Positions 45,559-55,830 of a stretch of DNA of 64,000 bases are shown piece by piece. Source of the stretch: Halobacteriovoraceae bacterium (GTDB lineage: Bacteria; Bdellovibrionota; Bacteriovoracia; Bacteriovoracales; Bacteriovoracaceae). The DNA lies in NCBI GenBank assembly GCA_002706205.1, contig PAKC01000068.1, positions 21,259 to 85,258 on the forward strand, written 5' to 3'. The notes beneath the pieces are model-generated. The model ran no database searches, was not told where the DNA came from, and saw only the letters and a list, made by a program, of their open reading frames with translations. Position 1 is the stretch's first letter; each line of letters starts with the position of its first letter. A program made the position numbers and the translations under genes.

Positions 45559-48372
45559 TTAAATATTAATACCTAAAAGAAATTCTCCTACCGAAGTTTC
45601 GTTATCAACTAAGCTCATCACTCTTAGACGATAATTTATAGGTAATTTTCTAAATGTTAATGATTCAAAGCCGAACTCTAAGCCATAAGAACGCATTATC
45701 TTATTTTGTTTTTCTAATTCAGCATATGAATAGTCATAAAAAACTTTAGAAGTAATTCGATTAAAATGAATATAGTCTTTAAAACCAAAATGCTGATAAC
45801 TTAGTGGAAAGTCATATTCCAAGCTCGACTTTCGTATATGGGCAGCATATTCTGACTCATATCCCCTTGCAAAAGTATAAGAGGAAACTTGCGCATCCTT
45901 ATTTTCAAAACGGTAAGCACTAAAATCATCACTCTTTAAATGATCGACTAGCTTTAAGGCCAGGCTATGGTTTACCTTTAGACCTGAAAAATATAAATGA
46001 AGCTTATTAAATAAATAAGTATTTGAAAAATCCTCTACCTCTTGTGCTTGAGCATCTGCATAATGGCCTTCGTAGGAAAATCCACGACTAGGAGAGATTT
46101 CTCTATCTGTTAATTCTCTTTGAAATTGGTAAACCAAATTAAAAGATGATAAGAAAAGTTGTTCTTGGCTAATATCATAAGCCTCAGGATAGCTCATTTT
46201 AGAATTTTCTTTAACTCCCGTGGCCAATGAAAAAATAGCTTGATGACGATAAAAGTTTTTACTAAAGTTTAGTGGCAATGAAACACTAAATAACCCTGTA
46301 GCTTCAGAATATTCATCATTGGGTTTATCTTCAAACTTTTCATTTCTTTGAGCATAGTTAATATCAAGAGAAAAAATCGGATAAAAGCGAGAATATGTTA
46401 AATTAACTCCTGTAAAGGCCCTATCTTCAATCGAGTTTTCGCCTACACTTGCTGTCATAGAAAAATCATTAAGATAATTAGTTGAAGTTCCCTGTAGTTG
46501 AAATCCTAGCCCACCAAGAAAGCTCCATGAGTGAAGATTAATCATATCTGAAAAATAATCATAATCTTGAGATTTATAATTAGTTTTGTACTGATCTTTA
46601 TGATTATCAAAAGAAACAGGCTCTTGTGTCACATATTGATCAGATGGGGAATCTTTTGAAAGATAGTTAAAATTCTTTAAAATATTCTTCGAAATTTCCT
46701 TACAATCAAGTTCTTCAATTGTTAACTCATGCCCATTTACAGTTTCATTTACAGTATAAAGTCTATTCTCACTAACACTAGGCCAATAACGAGCAATTGA
46801 GCTCTCTGTACACTTAAGTAACTGACTCGACTTAATATCCAAGCTCAAAGTTTCAACTTTTCCTTTATAATCACTTTCAAAGTAGACCTTATTTTCATGG
46901 GCCTGCATGGCAAAAAGGTTTGCTTGAGTAAAAGGGAGCATTTGTTCTAGTGAATCTTCTTCCAAATCATATAAGGCCAAAGCCTTTTTACCCATTTTAT
47001 CTTGAATAAAGAAGGCTAATTTCACTTCACTTACAAAAATAGCTTCCGTAATAAAATAATCCTTTAACTTGATTTCTTTTATAACAGCTCCTGTTAAGCT
47101 TAGAATATCGACTTGCCAGGTATCATCTTGATTAAATTTAACTGCAACAATTTTTTCTCCAGCCGAGGAAAAATTAGGATGAAAATAGCGTTTATCAGAG
47201 GTTATGGCCTGATGTTCATCTAATTTCATATTGTATAAATAAATATCGGAGAAACCTTTATGGCCATATCTCAAATCTGGAACAAACTGAGTATAGACCA
47301 ATTGATCACTTTTAATATCCACTTTACTTAAACTGGGGATAGTGTTTATTTGAGTTAAAACAATCTCTTTTCCCTCTTTAATCTGGATAAACTCCCAAAA
47401 TGTATCGAGAGTTTTTTTCAAAGCAAAAAGATTATTGGCCTCTTTTTTGGGAGAGGCGTAAAGATGATACTCTTTATTTTCTGTTTCTACTTTAGCTCCT
47501 TCTTTGAGCCATTTTTTTCTTAATTCAATTAAAGTTTCATCAAAGAAATCCTCAAACTTTTGACCTGTAACCGTCTTAAATGAATTATAAAAACGCCAAG
47601 GATTGTAAAAGGAATGGGTTGCATCCCACAAAATTTTCTCCCACACCATCTCTCCATAAATTCTACGTGCACGGGTAACAACAAAGTACCCATAAACATA
47701 CCAACTTGGTAATGGCCTACGATAATCTCCTGTTAAAAAATGGTCATAGCTTAGCTCATGGTTAATTAAATCAGATAAAACTAAACTTTTTAGTCGAGCA
47801 GAAAAACGTGGAGATCTTCCTCTTCCCCCATCAGAATAAGCAGTTTCTGACCAGACCGCATCTCCCTCCATAAACCAATTATCAACACTAAGAAAACGAC
47901 CTATTGCCCTCCCATTGTCCCCAAACAAGTACCATAAAAATTTATCATAACCTTGTTTTAAAAAGTCCATTTGAACCACATGACGATATTCATGAATGGC
48001 CAACGTCTGAAACCATTCCAATGAACCAACAAAAGGTGAGATGTTCTGGGCGGTATACCATTCACTACGTCTTGGGGCCAAAGTCACAAAACCATTGCTC
48101 ATATTACTTTCGGCCCTTAAAATCAGTTCAAATTGTTTAGGGTCATTTACATAATATGACTTTCCAACAAAGGCATGGTAATGCTCTACTAAATTTGCAA
48201 TGTACTGAGCTTTTTTTTCCATAAAGTCCGGATAAATAACTCGTACAAAATCATTCTCTAACTCTTTCCAATTGAGACGATCTGAACTTTGCAACGTATT
48301 GAGTTGAGCAACTGCTGAAACAGAAACAAAAGATAACACAGCAAACAAATAAATTCTTATTCTTAATAGCAT
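45559..48372 (-). CDS. large secreted/outer-membrane protein with an N-terminal HExxH (zincin-like) module
   Basis: Signal peptide. LAIHEYRHVVQ at about residue 125. The middle region has repetitive beta-strand character (propeller-like), and the C-terminal third is Tyr/Phe-rich and barrel-like. Confidence 0.4.
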   Translation of the reverse strand: MLLRIRIYLFAVLSFVSVSAVAQLNTLQSSDRLNWKELENDFVRVIYPDFMEKKAQYIANLVEHYHAFVGKSYYVNDPKQFELILRAESNMSNGFVTLAPRRSEWYTAQNISPFVGSLEWFQTLAIHEYRHVVQMDFLKQGYDKFLWYLFGDNGRAIGRFLSVDNWFMEGDAVWSETAYSDGGRGRSPRFSARLKSLVLSDLINHELSYDHFLTGDYRRPLPSWYVYGYFVVTRARRIYGEMVWEKILWDATHSFYNPWRFYNSFKTVTGQKFEDFFDETLIELRKKWLKEGAKVETENKEYHLYASPKKEANNLFALKKTLDTFWEFIQIKEGKEIVLTQINTIPSLSKVDIKSDQLVYTQFVPDLRYGHKGFSDIYLYNMKLDEHQAITSDKRYFHPNFSSAGEKIVAVKFNQDDTWQVDILSLTGAVIKEIKLKDYFITEAIFVSEVKLAFFIQDKMGKKALALYDLEEDSLEQMLPFTQANLFAMQAHENKVYFESDYKGKVETLSLDIKSSQLLKCTESSIARYWPSVSENRLYTVNETVNGHELTIEELDCKEISKNILKNFNYLSKDSPSDQYVTQEPVSFDNHKDQYKTNYKSQDYDYFSDMINLHSWSFLGGLGFQLQGTSTNYLNDFSMTASVGENSIEDRAFTGVNLTYSRFYPIFSLDINYAQRNEKFEDKPNDEYSEATGLFSVSLPLNFSKNFYRHQAIFSLATGVKENSKMSYPEAYDISQEQLFLSSFNLVYQFQRELTDREISPSRGFSYEGHYADAQAQEVEDFSNTYLFNKLHLYFSGLKVNHSLALKLVDHLKSDDFSAYRFENKDAQVSSYTFARGYESEYAAHIRKSSLEYDFPLSYQHFGFKDYIHFNRITSKVFYDYSYAELEKQNKIMRSYGLEFGFESLTFRKLPINYRLRVMSLVDNETSVGEFLLGINI

Positions 48373-48434
48373 TTTAGGGCCTTAGGGAAATACTTTTTGT
48401 TATTCTCCCTAAGCTCTAAACATTCTGTCAAAAT

Positions 48435-48962
48435 TTAATTAAGAAAAGCCTGAAAACTTTGGGCATGTTTTTCGAGAAACTTAACTGTCGCCTCATCTTG
48501 TATTTTTCCATCCTTAATCTTCTCAAAAGACTCACTTATCATAACCTCTGGGCGATTCATAAAGTTCAAATTTAAAAAGACCCCTACTTGACGTAAATGA
48601 TATTGCATTCTTGCTGTTCCTACTTTTCCAGGACTAGCACCTATTATACTTGCAGCGAGGCTATCTAGAGGCTTATTTTCTAAACGTGAGAGCCAATCAA
48701 GAGCATTTTTAAGACCCCCAGGAATTGAATAATTATATTCTGGAGTAAAAAAAATAACGCCACTTGCTTGCTCTAATTGACTTCCTAGCAAATTTACAGA
48801 ACTTGGAAACTCCGTATAGTCCTGACTATATAAAGGAAAATCTTTAATCTCCCCTTCGATTAACTCAAATTGCTCTTTGGCCAAATTTTTATAATGATCA
48901 AAAATTTGTCTATGGATAGAATCTTTTCTTAAACTTCCAATAATGGCGACAACCTTTTTCAT
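48435..48962 (-). CDS. NADPH-dependent FMN reductase family oxidoreductase
   Basis: MKKVVAIIGSLRKDSIHR and FTPEYNYSIPGGLKNALDW blocks. Confidence 0.75.
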   Translation of the reverse strand: MKKVVAIIGSLRKDSIHRQIFDHYKNLAKEQFELIEGEIKDFPLYSQDYTEFPSSVNLLGSQLEQASGVIFFTPEYNYSIPGGLKNALDWLSRLENKPLDSLAASIIGASPGKVGTARMQYHLRQVGVFLNLNFMNRPEVMISESFEKIKDGKIQDEATVKFLEKHAQSFQAFLN

Positions 48963-49069
48963 TATCCCTCCTTTCTAAAAAATAAATACCTCTAGGCTCA
49001 GTTTATCTTCATATTGGATAAAATAAAACTATATAATACTTATCAAAACAATCAATTTTTATTATACTT

Positions 49070-50320
49070 TTAAAAGAACTGCTGAATACCAAATGAAATA
49101 TTTTGGTCGACAAAGCGAGTATGGGTTTGAGCATAGTCTAAACGCCCCACAAAACGAAAGATTTTTGGAGAAATAAATCTTAAACCGATTCCAGAACTTA
49201 AGAGAATTTCATCTTTGCTTTCAGTAATCTTGGCCAGGGTTTGAGCCTCTTTGGCCTGATCGGTAAAAACAACTGCCTGAATGACTCCCCAAGAATGGTG
49301 ATAGAGATCAAAACGATGTTCAATATTACTTTGATAAAATGTTTGGTCATAAAACTGGCCATCACGATAACCTCTTACCTCAGATAGTCCACCTATATAA
49401 TTTAAATACTGAGAATTTTTTAAGTTATTTCCTGAAACTAAAAACTGAAAAGCAAAGTTATGATTATTTTTAAAAAGCTTATAAAAAACAAAACGAAAAG
49501 AATGATCACCAAAGAAGTTTTCTTCTTTTTGCCGTAGACTTACTAAACTAGACTTCAATTGCAATTGAACCCCAGAAACCAAATAATTTTAATAATTAAG
49601 CCTTCCCCAATGAAAATAAACTGAATGCCATAAACTAATACTGTCACTATCAGGAGAGAATCCATTTAATTGGTTAAGCTCTATTTGTTCATCTGTTAAT
49701 CCAAAATCAGAGACACGATCATCATGATATTCAAGCTGAACTCCAAAAAGATATTGATCATTCTTCCATTTTTTTTCAGTAAATAAGTTTATTTTTTTCC
49801 GTTGCAAAGTGTAGGCACCATCATCCTCCCCATTACGCTTAAATAAATAACGAATGCGGTTGATATCCCACACATCCACACCAAACTTAAGATTACGATC
49901 ATAGAGAAACTGAGGTTTTCTTAGCCATAAAACTCCAGCAGGTCGATTATTTAATGATTCATACTGAGCTCCAATTTCAGTATTTGACCCAAAAGTATTA
50001 ATATCATAGGCGCCTAAAGTAAAATATGTACTTCCTCCTCCTCCTTGAAATTTAGCAATAGGGATTGTGGTCCATCTTTCTTCAACTTGAATTAAAATTT
50101 GATTCTCTGAAATTTTTTCAACTTTGACAGAAGAAAAAACTCTTAAATTCCATAATCTTCTTTTTAACTCATTTAAAACCTGATCATCTAAGTCTTGCTC
50201 AAGAAGATCTTTAATTTCTATTCGAACGACATCTTCACTGGTCTTAGAGTTACCTTTAACCTTAAAGTCAAAAGCATGAGTCAAAGAGGAAAATAAAAAT
50301 AATAGAACAAAAACTCTCAT
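49070..50320 (-). pseudogene. Omp85/BamA-TamA-family outer-membrane protein interrupted by a single in-frame TAA
   Basis: The 49589-50320 ORF encodes a signal peptide, a POTRA-like domain and the start of a barrel. The 49070-49582 ORF encodes the barrel end (GGLSEVRGY, GIGLRF, terminal QQFF). Both are in the same frame: ...WGRLNY-TAA-NY-LVSGVQ..., with the stop at 49589-49591. Confidence 0.65.
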
Positions 50321-50375
50321 ATCTTTATGTGAGTCAAATCGAAATTATATTACAGAAAATATTTTTTAATTGAAG

Positions 50376-51638
50376 CTACTTACGATAAAGCTCAAACCAA
50401 GCCTGCTCCAAAGCATCTCTATCTTCGGGATGAGCGATAGAAATTAAAGCTTTGGCCCGCTCTCCTAATGTTTTCCCATAGAGATGAGCAACACCATATT
50501 CAGTGACAATATAATGAACGTGTTGTCTTGTTGTCACAACACCAGCTCCACTCTGTAAAGCAGCTACAATTCGAGACTTTCGCCCCTTAACACGACTTGG
50601 CATAGCTATAATTGGTTTTCCCCCCTCACTCAAAGCCGCGCCACGCATAAAGTCCATCTGACCTCCAACACCACTAATAATATGATGCCCAATAGAGTCA
50701 GCACAAATTTGCCCTGTTAAATCTACTTCAACAGCACTGTTAATCGCAACAACCTTAGGGTTACGTTTAATGACGTTAGGGTGATTAACATAAGCAATAT
50801 CTAAAAAAATAACACTCGGATTATCATCAACAAAATCATAAAGTTTTTGGTCTCCAATCGCAAAACCTGCAACAGTTTTACCAGGATGAATTTTTTTTCT
50901 TTTATTATTCACGACACCAGACTCAATTAAAGGAATTAATGAATTCGTAAACATTTCAGTATGAATACCTAAATCTTTGTGCCCATGTAAAGCACGTAAA
51001 ACTGCATCAGGAATAGAGCCAATTCCCATCTGTAGCGTTGAGCCATTATCGATTAAAGCGGCGACATGTTCTCCAATCTTTTCTTCTTCTGGAGTCATCA
51101 TCGTATTTTCAACAATTGGCAATTGCGTATCTATGGCAAAAGCATAATCAATTTTAGACAAATGAATCGTTCCATCACCATGGGTTCTGGGCATTTTTTC
51201 ATTAACTTGAGCAACAACAACTTTTGCATGTTTAATAGCTGCTTGAACAATATCCACACTAACACCTAAGCTACAATATCCATGCTTGTCTGGTGGTGAA
51301 ACATGAATCAAGGCCACATCATAATTTCTTAAGCCTGACTCTAAAAGCTGAGGAATTTCGGACAAAAAACAAGGTAAATAATCTATGCGATCATAATCTA
51401 AAGCTTTTCTAAGATTTTTTCCTACAAAAAAATTAGTAATTTTGAAATGAGGTATTTTTTTGTGAGGGGCCTCACCATGAGTGTGTAAATGAAAAAACTC
51501 TAACTTTCCTATATCATCTGCATATTCTGCGATAGAGTTTAAAAGCTCAACAGGAGTAGCAGCTCCCCCTTGAACGAAGACACCTTCATGATTTTTAAAA
51601 ATATGAATAAGTTCATCTCGCTTATCGCACCACTTCAT
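50376..51638 (-). CDS. acetyl-CoA hydrolase/transferase family CoA-transferase (4-hydroxybutyrate/succinyl-CoA:acetate type)
   Basis: LQMGIGSIPDAV, AVEVDLTGQICADSIG and SGVGGQMDF blocks. Confidence 0.8.
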   Translation of the reverse strand: MKWCDKRDELIHIFKNHEGVFVQGGAATPVELLNSIAEYADDIGKLEFFHLHTHGEAPHKKIPHFKITNFFVGKNLRKALDYDRIDYLPCFLSEIPQLLESGLRNYDVALIHVSPPDKHGYCSLGVSVDIVQAAIKHAKVVVAQVNEKMPRTHGDGTIHLSKIDYAFAIDTQLPIVENTMMTPEEEKIGEHVAALIDNGSTLQMGIGSIPDAVLRALHGHKDLGIHTEMFTNSLIPLIESGVVNNKRKKIHPGKTVAGFAIGDQKLYDFVDDNPSVIFLDIAYVNHPNVIKRNPKVVAINSAVEVDLTGQICADSIGHHIISGVGGQMDFMRGAALSEGGKPIIAMPSRVKGRKSRIVAALQSGAGVVTTRQHVHYIVTEYGVAHLYGKTLGERAKALISIAHPEDRDALEQAWFELYRK

Positions 51639-51651
51639 CTTAACCTCTTTT

Positions 51652-51703
51652 CAAAAACAAAAAAAACCGATGACATATTCTAACTAAAAAATATCTCACC
51701 GGT
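51652..51703 (-). terminator. rho-independent terminator after the 51718-52170 gene
   Basis: On the minus strand, ACCGGTGAGATATT, a 10-nt loop, then AATATGTCATCGGT (14-nt arms with 2 mismatches), followed by TTTTTTTTGTTTTTG. Confidence 0.7.
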
Positions 51704-51717
51704 ATATTTATTCATTA

Positions 51718-52170
51718 TTATAAAACGTCTGCATGTCCATGATAAAAGGGATAACTTGGATAAAGTTCTTTAAAGTTCACGCCAAGAATTTCTTTTGCCT
51801 GTTTTAAAGAGTCGATCATGATTTGAAATTTTTTATCGTTCAATTTTTTTAATTGGTTTTTGATAACTTTTACTTTTGCTGGCTTATATGAGTCTTGCTC
51901 AAGCAAGTGCTTAAAAAGGACCATTTTTAATTTTCGTGTCTCTTGATTAATTTTTCCAACTTCAATCATAACACTGGTATGAAGTTGCATAAAATCTTTC
52001 TTTTGCTTTTGAGTAAGTTTATCTGATGATTCAATTAAATCCCTTGTTTTATTGATCATTTCATCCCGTGACTCCATAGACGGAACATTCGCTTTTTCTT
52101 TGGCCACTTCTTTTTTTGCGCTGGAACAGGCCACAAGAGTAAAAATACAGAGTAATGTTAAAATTTTCAT
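51718..52170 (-). CDS. periplasmic lipoprotein, possibly Spy/CpxP-like (LTxxQ)
   Basis: Lipobox LVACSS. All-helical and Lys/Gln-rich, with a single LTQKQ motif. Confidence 0.35.
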   Translation of the reverse strand: MKILTLLCIFTLVACSSAKKEVAKEKANVPSMESRDEMINKTRDLIESSDKLTQKQKKDFMQLHTSVMIEVGKINQETRKLKMVLFKHLLEQDSYKPAKVKVIKNQLKKLNDKKFQIMIDSLKQAKEILGVNFKELYPSYPFYHGHADVL

Positions 52171-52262
52171 AATAAGCCTCCTAATTTATTTATCTTTACA
52201 CTTTATATTAAAATTGAAACTAAGGGTAATTACTCAAAAACATGACTTATATCACAAAATCA

Positions 52263-53138
52263 TTAAGTGATTTTCTTTTTAAGATCTAAAATAATTTGAG
52301 GTGTCTTTATTGGAGTCAACAGTTTTAAAGCTTTTTTGACGTAATAAAAAAGACTCAAACGACGATACCAAAACAGCCTTGAAATTTGCTTAGTTGCCAC
52401 CTCATAACCTACATCAAATAACATATCTTTTTGATGAGAATTATCCAAACGACTATAATCTCCTAAATCAAGAGAAATTTTAATATCTGCCAATTGCAAC
52501 TGCTCTTTGGTTCTAAGGTCAATTGCGATATCAATAGCATTACCAATAATATCAATAAAGTTATGTACCTCGGGATAGCGATTTACCCCATTTAAATCTA
52601 CGGCAATGGTTATCCCAGCTCCCATTTGCTCAAGGACTTTTACCGGTAGATTATTTGAAATCCCTCCATCAACTAAAAGCCTCCCTTGTACTTCAACAGG
52701 TAAAAAAATACCAGGAACTGCGACTGAGGCACAAACAGCATCTAATAACGAACCTTGCTTAAAAATAACTGACTCTCCAGTCCTAATATCTGTAGTACAT
52801 ATGGCCAGAGGAATTCTGGCCTGCTCGATTTTGACATCACCTATATCATTGTGCAACATTTTACGAACTGAATCTGTACTTAAAAATCCCTTCTTATTTA
52901 GAGTTAATTTAAAAACATCTTTAGCACGTAGTTTTTCAGAAAAGACTTCAATATCTTTAAGTTCTTTACCAAAAGCATAATAACTAGCAATAATCGCCCC
53001 AACACTAGTTCCAGAGATACAAGAGACTTTTATTTTATTTTCTTCTACTGCTTTTAAAACGCCAACATGGGCCAAGCCTTTAGCGGCTCCCCCACCCAAA
53101 GCAATACCAATTTTTTTATTGAAGGGATTTAATTTCAC
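52263..53138 (-). CDS. patatin-like phospholipase
   Basis: Oxyanion loop GGGAAKG, nucleophile GTSVG and catalytic Asp block VDGG. Confidence 0.85.
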   Translation of the reverse strand: MKLNPFNKKIGIALGGGAAKGLAHVGVLKAVEENKIKVSCISGTSVGAIIASYYAFGKELKDIEVFSEKLRAKDVFKLTLNKKGFLSTDSVRKMLHNDIGDVKIEQARIPLAICTTDIRTGESVIFKQGSLLDAVCASVAVPGIFLPVEVQGRLLVDGGISNNLPVKVLEQMGAGITIAVDLNGVNRYPEVHNFIDIIGNAIDIAIDLRTKEQLQLADIKISLDLGDYSRLDNSHQKDMLFDVGYEVATKQISRLFWYRRLSLFYYVKKALKLLTPIKTPQIILDLKKKIT

Positions 53139-53143
53139 TTAAC

Positions 53144-53920
53144 CTAAACCTTTATTCTAATTGTTGTTTTTATAAAATAAAATAAAGTATCTGTTTTTTG
53201 AATTTCTTCAACATACAATTTTACAAACTTATTATAATCAAGTTCACTTTCAAAACTTGCGGCCATTACTTTTTTAGAATTCATAAGTCTTTGCCTCCAT
53301 TGTTCAGCTTCAACTGCACGCTCTTGAGGTGTACAAAAATTAACAAATTCCGCAAAAGCTTCCATTTCCCTTATATTTTCTTTAGATAAAATCTTAGGTA
53401 TTTTTCTTCCCATTTCAAAATCTCCACTATAACCTTCCTCATAGCAGCTTAAGTATTTTTTAAGAAGTCTATTTTCAGTACCTATATTTTTCATCAGTCC
53501 ATCAACATCAATAATAATTAGCTCTCCTCCAGGCTTCAATGATTTTAAGATATTCTTAATACTCTTTTCAAAATCTCTAACTCCTAAGTGATGAGCAACA
53601 TAACGCATAATAATATAGTCATATTTTTTTTCATCAATCTCGGTATTACGTATATCATGTTGAAAGAAATTAATTTGAGAGGAACAATTCTCTTTACAGT
53701 ATTGTACATGCTCCTCTAATAAGTCACAGCCTGAGGCTTTAATTTTATAAGCTCCATTAAGATATGAAATAACATTTCCTGCTCCACATCCAATCTCTAG
53801 AACACTAGAATTGTTCTTTGGAGAAAAAAAATTTAATTCCTTAGAAATATCAAACTTTGCACTTTGTGATTGTGCATCTAAACGATTAACTTCATTTTTA
53901 TCTCTTAAAGCATAACTCAT
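53144..53920 (-). CDS. class I SAM-dependent methyltransferase
   Basis: Motif I VLEIGCGAGN and motif post-II/III LKPGGELIIID. Confidence 0.75.
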   Translation of the reverse strand: MSYALRDKNEVNRLDAQSQSAKFDISKELNFFSPKNNSSVLEIGCGAGNVISYLNGAYKIKASGCDLLEEHVQYCKENCSSQINFFQHDIRNTEIDEKKYDYIIMRYVAHHLGVRDFEKSIKNILKSLKPGGELIIIDVDGLMKNIGTENRLLKKYLSCYEEGYSGDFEMGRKIPKILSKENIREMEAFAEFVNFCTPQERAVEAEQWRQRLMNSKKVMAASFESELDYNKFVKLYVEEIQKTDTLFYFIKTTIRIKV

Positions 53921-54169
53921 AAACTCTCCTGTTATATATACTCTATCGATAAAGCCTAAAAGAAGTAAGACGGAAAATTATAAATAAATAACTCACCCAG
54001 TCATAACTAAGCGTAGAATATTTTGTTAAAAATTCTTACTAGAGATAATATTAGTGACTACTTAAGATAATTTTGTTAGATTTCAAACGACTAGTGGATA
54101 CTGATAGAAGCTATACCAAATATAGATGACAAAACACATTAACATACTTTTAACATTCAACTATAGCCT

Positions 54170-55042
54170 GTGACGCCAAACTTAAACAGATTTATTCGGG
54201 AAATAAAACACTCTTTCTTTTGTGATGATGAGTATATTAGAAATATTTTAGCTGTAACAAAAAATGAATACGACAAAAAGTTACAACAAAATAATTTTTC
54301 GCTGAAAGATCTAATTAATCTTTCTGATTATTTTCAAATAAATATCAATGATATTGCGAATGGTTCTGTTGATTATAAACAAATAAAGACAAAATTTTAT
54401 AATCCATCAAGCGCCATACCTACCAAATATGTTCAAAATGCTGGCACTTATATGTCTAATATTCGTGCAATAATTAATCATATCAGAGACTTTACAAATG
54501 ATAAGACCGCTCAATATTTAATTAACAAATATGGAATTTCAAAAGAAGCTTTAATCAATGATTCACTCATGGTAAATATAAAGCTAGCAAATAGCTTACT
54601 AGCAGATATAAGCGATAACTACAATATCAGTGACTCAAATTATTTATCTATGGCAATGCTTAGTTATAAGTCTCAGTCCCGTAATAAATTAATATCAGAA
54701 ACATTAAGAAATCAATCAGGACTAAACATTGCTAAACATGTAGCAAAAAATGCACTAAGCTATGATAAAAACTTCATCTACACTGTCACGCCACTAAATT
54801 ATGGCCAGTTCATTTTCTCAGGTACCATTCGTCCTGAAGTAAAGGATATCTTTCATACTAATGAAATCACAAATATACAGGCAATAAAGTTTAGGGCCGC
54901 ATCTATCCAAGCATTATCAATTTTATCGAATAATGGATATATAGAAGTTCAGAATATAGAAACTCCGACCAGTCAATCATCAGAAACTTTCCATATTTAT
55001 ATGAAAAATACAGCTAAGCAGCAAACTTCTCTTTTACAATAA
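54170..55042 (+). CDS. hypothetical protein with a degenerate XRE-type HTH-like N-terminus
   Basis: GTG start with no clear RBS. Residues 8-65 (FIREIKHS..ILAVTKNEYDKKLQQNNFSLKDLINLSDYFQININDI) follow the XRE HTH periodicity. I do not recognise the C-terminal 220 aa. Confidence 0.35.
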   Translation: MTPNLNRFIREIKHSFFCDDEYIRNILAVTKNEYDKKLQQNNFSLKDLINLSDYFQININDIANGSVDYKQIKTKFYNPSSAIPTKYVQNAGTYMSNIRAIINHIRDFTNDKTAQYLINKYGISKEALINDSLMVNIKLANSLLADISDNYNISDSNYLSMAMLSYKSQSRNKLISETLRNQSGLNIAKHVAKNALSYDKNFIYTVTPLNYGQFIFSGTIRPEVKDIFHTNEITNIQAIKFRAASIQALSILSNNGYIEVQNIETPTSQSSETFHIYMKNTAKQQTSLLQ

Positions 55043-55712
55043 ATTCCTGTCTTGCTGCCCAAAGTTCATGATACTTTTCGGCCAGCTCAAGTTTTTTCTC
55101 TGCGGATTTTGCCAAATCAAGATGTATGAATTTACACTTTAAATAGGGACAAGACGGCAAACTATAAGCTGTACCCGTAAAAGCAGTCATTCCCCAAATT
55201 TTATCGAAGAATTCGTCAGTTTTAAAATTCACAACGCCAATCGCAATTAAGCAATTCAAATTGTATGAATGGTGAACATGATAATGAATCGCCGTATAAA
55301 TTTCTTTAAACTCATTTGATAATCCAAAGCCTTTAAACTTTGGATTGATAGTCCAACCTCCAGAATATGTTATTTCAGAGTTATGGAACTTAGAGGTAAA
55401 ATTAGATACCATTTTTTTATCTATATCACTTGCAATTTCTAAATATTCATCCATAGGAAATTTTATCCTATATCTTTGGCATATAGACTTTGTCGTTGTC
55501 TTAAATGCCATAATAATATCACCATGAACTTCATCAACCAGAAGAACATGAATACCAACAAAGTCATCTTGAGATAAAGGTAAATAACTCTCGTTATGCT
55601 TAGACCAATAACCATCTCTTTTCATGGCCATTAACTTAGTAAAATTCATTGAGACATCAGGATCTTCTATTTGGGAAAAAAAATCATTAATAACAATTAT
55701 TTTATATTTCAT
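55014..55712 (-). CDS. hypothetical protein, possibly a GNAT-superfamily N-acyl amino acid / autoinducer-synthase-like acyltransferase
   Basis: I prefer ATG 55712 (GGAG 8 nt upstream) to the TTG at 55751. The block LSQDDFVGIHVLLVDEVHGDIIMAFK resembles the D-x-F-D...H-L-L-V core of OlsB/FeeM/LuxI-like enzymes. The similarity is weak. Confidence 0.3.
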   Translation of the reverse strand: MKYKIIVINDFFSQIEDPDVSMNFTKLMAMKRDGYWSKHNESYLPLSQDDFVGIHVLLVDEVHGDIIMAFKTTTKSICQRYRIKFPMDEYLEIASDIDKKMVSNFTSKFHNSEITYSGGWTINPKFKGFGLSNEFKEIYTAIHYHVHHSYNLNCLIAIGVVNFKTDEFFDKIWGMTAFTGTAYSLPSCPYLKCKFIHLDLAKSAEKKLELAEKYHELWAARQEFIVKEKFAA

Positions 55713-55830
55713 CTTACACTCCATGAGTGCTTTGTTCGACAGGACTAACAAGATCTTTACCTAATAGAATCATAAAATATAATTAGGGAAAATTTTTCTA
55801 ATAAACTTTCTCGATCCTCAATTTGTGAGG

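Noticed and set aside
48381-48413. Inverted repeat CTTAGGGA...TCCCTAAG between the FMN reductase gene and the 937-aa gene, considered as a terminator.
   Set aside because: The loop is 17 nt and no U-run follows on the transcribed (minus) strand. It may be a weak attenuator, but I cannot support it as a terminator.
49583-49591. Programmed read-through or selenocysteine at the stop splitting the Omp85-like gene.
   Set aside because: The stop is TAA, not TGA, and I see no SECIS-like hairpin downstream. A nonsense mutation or a sequencing error is the simpler explanation.
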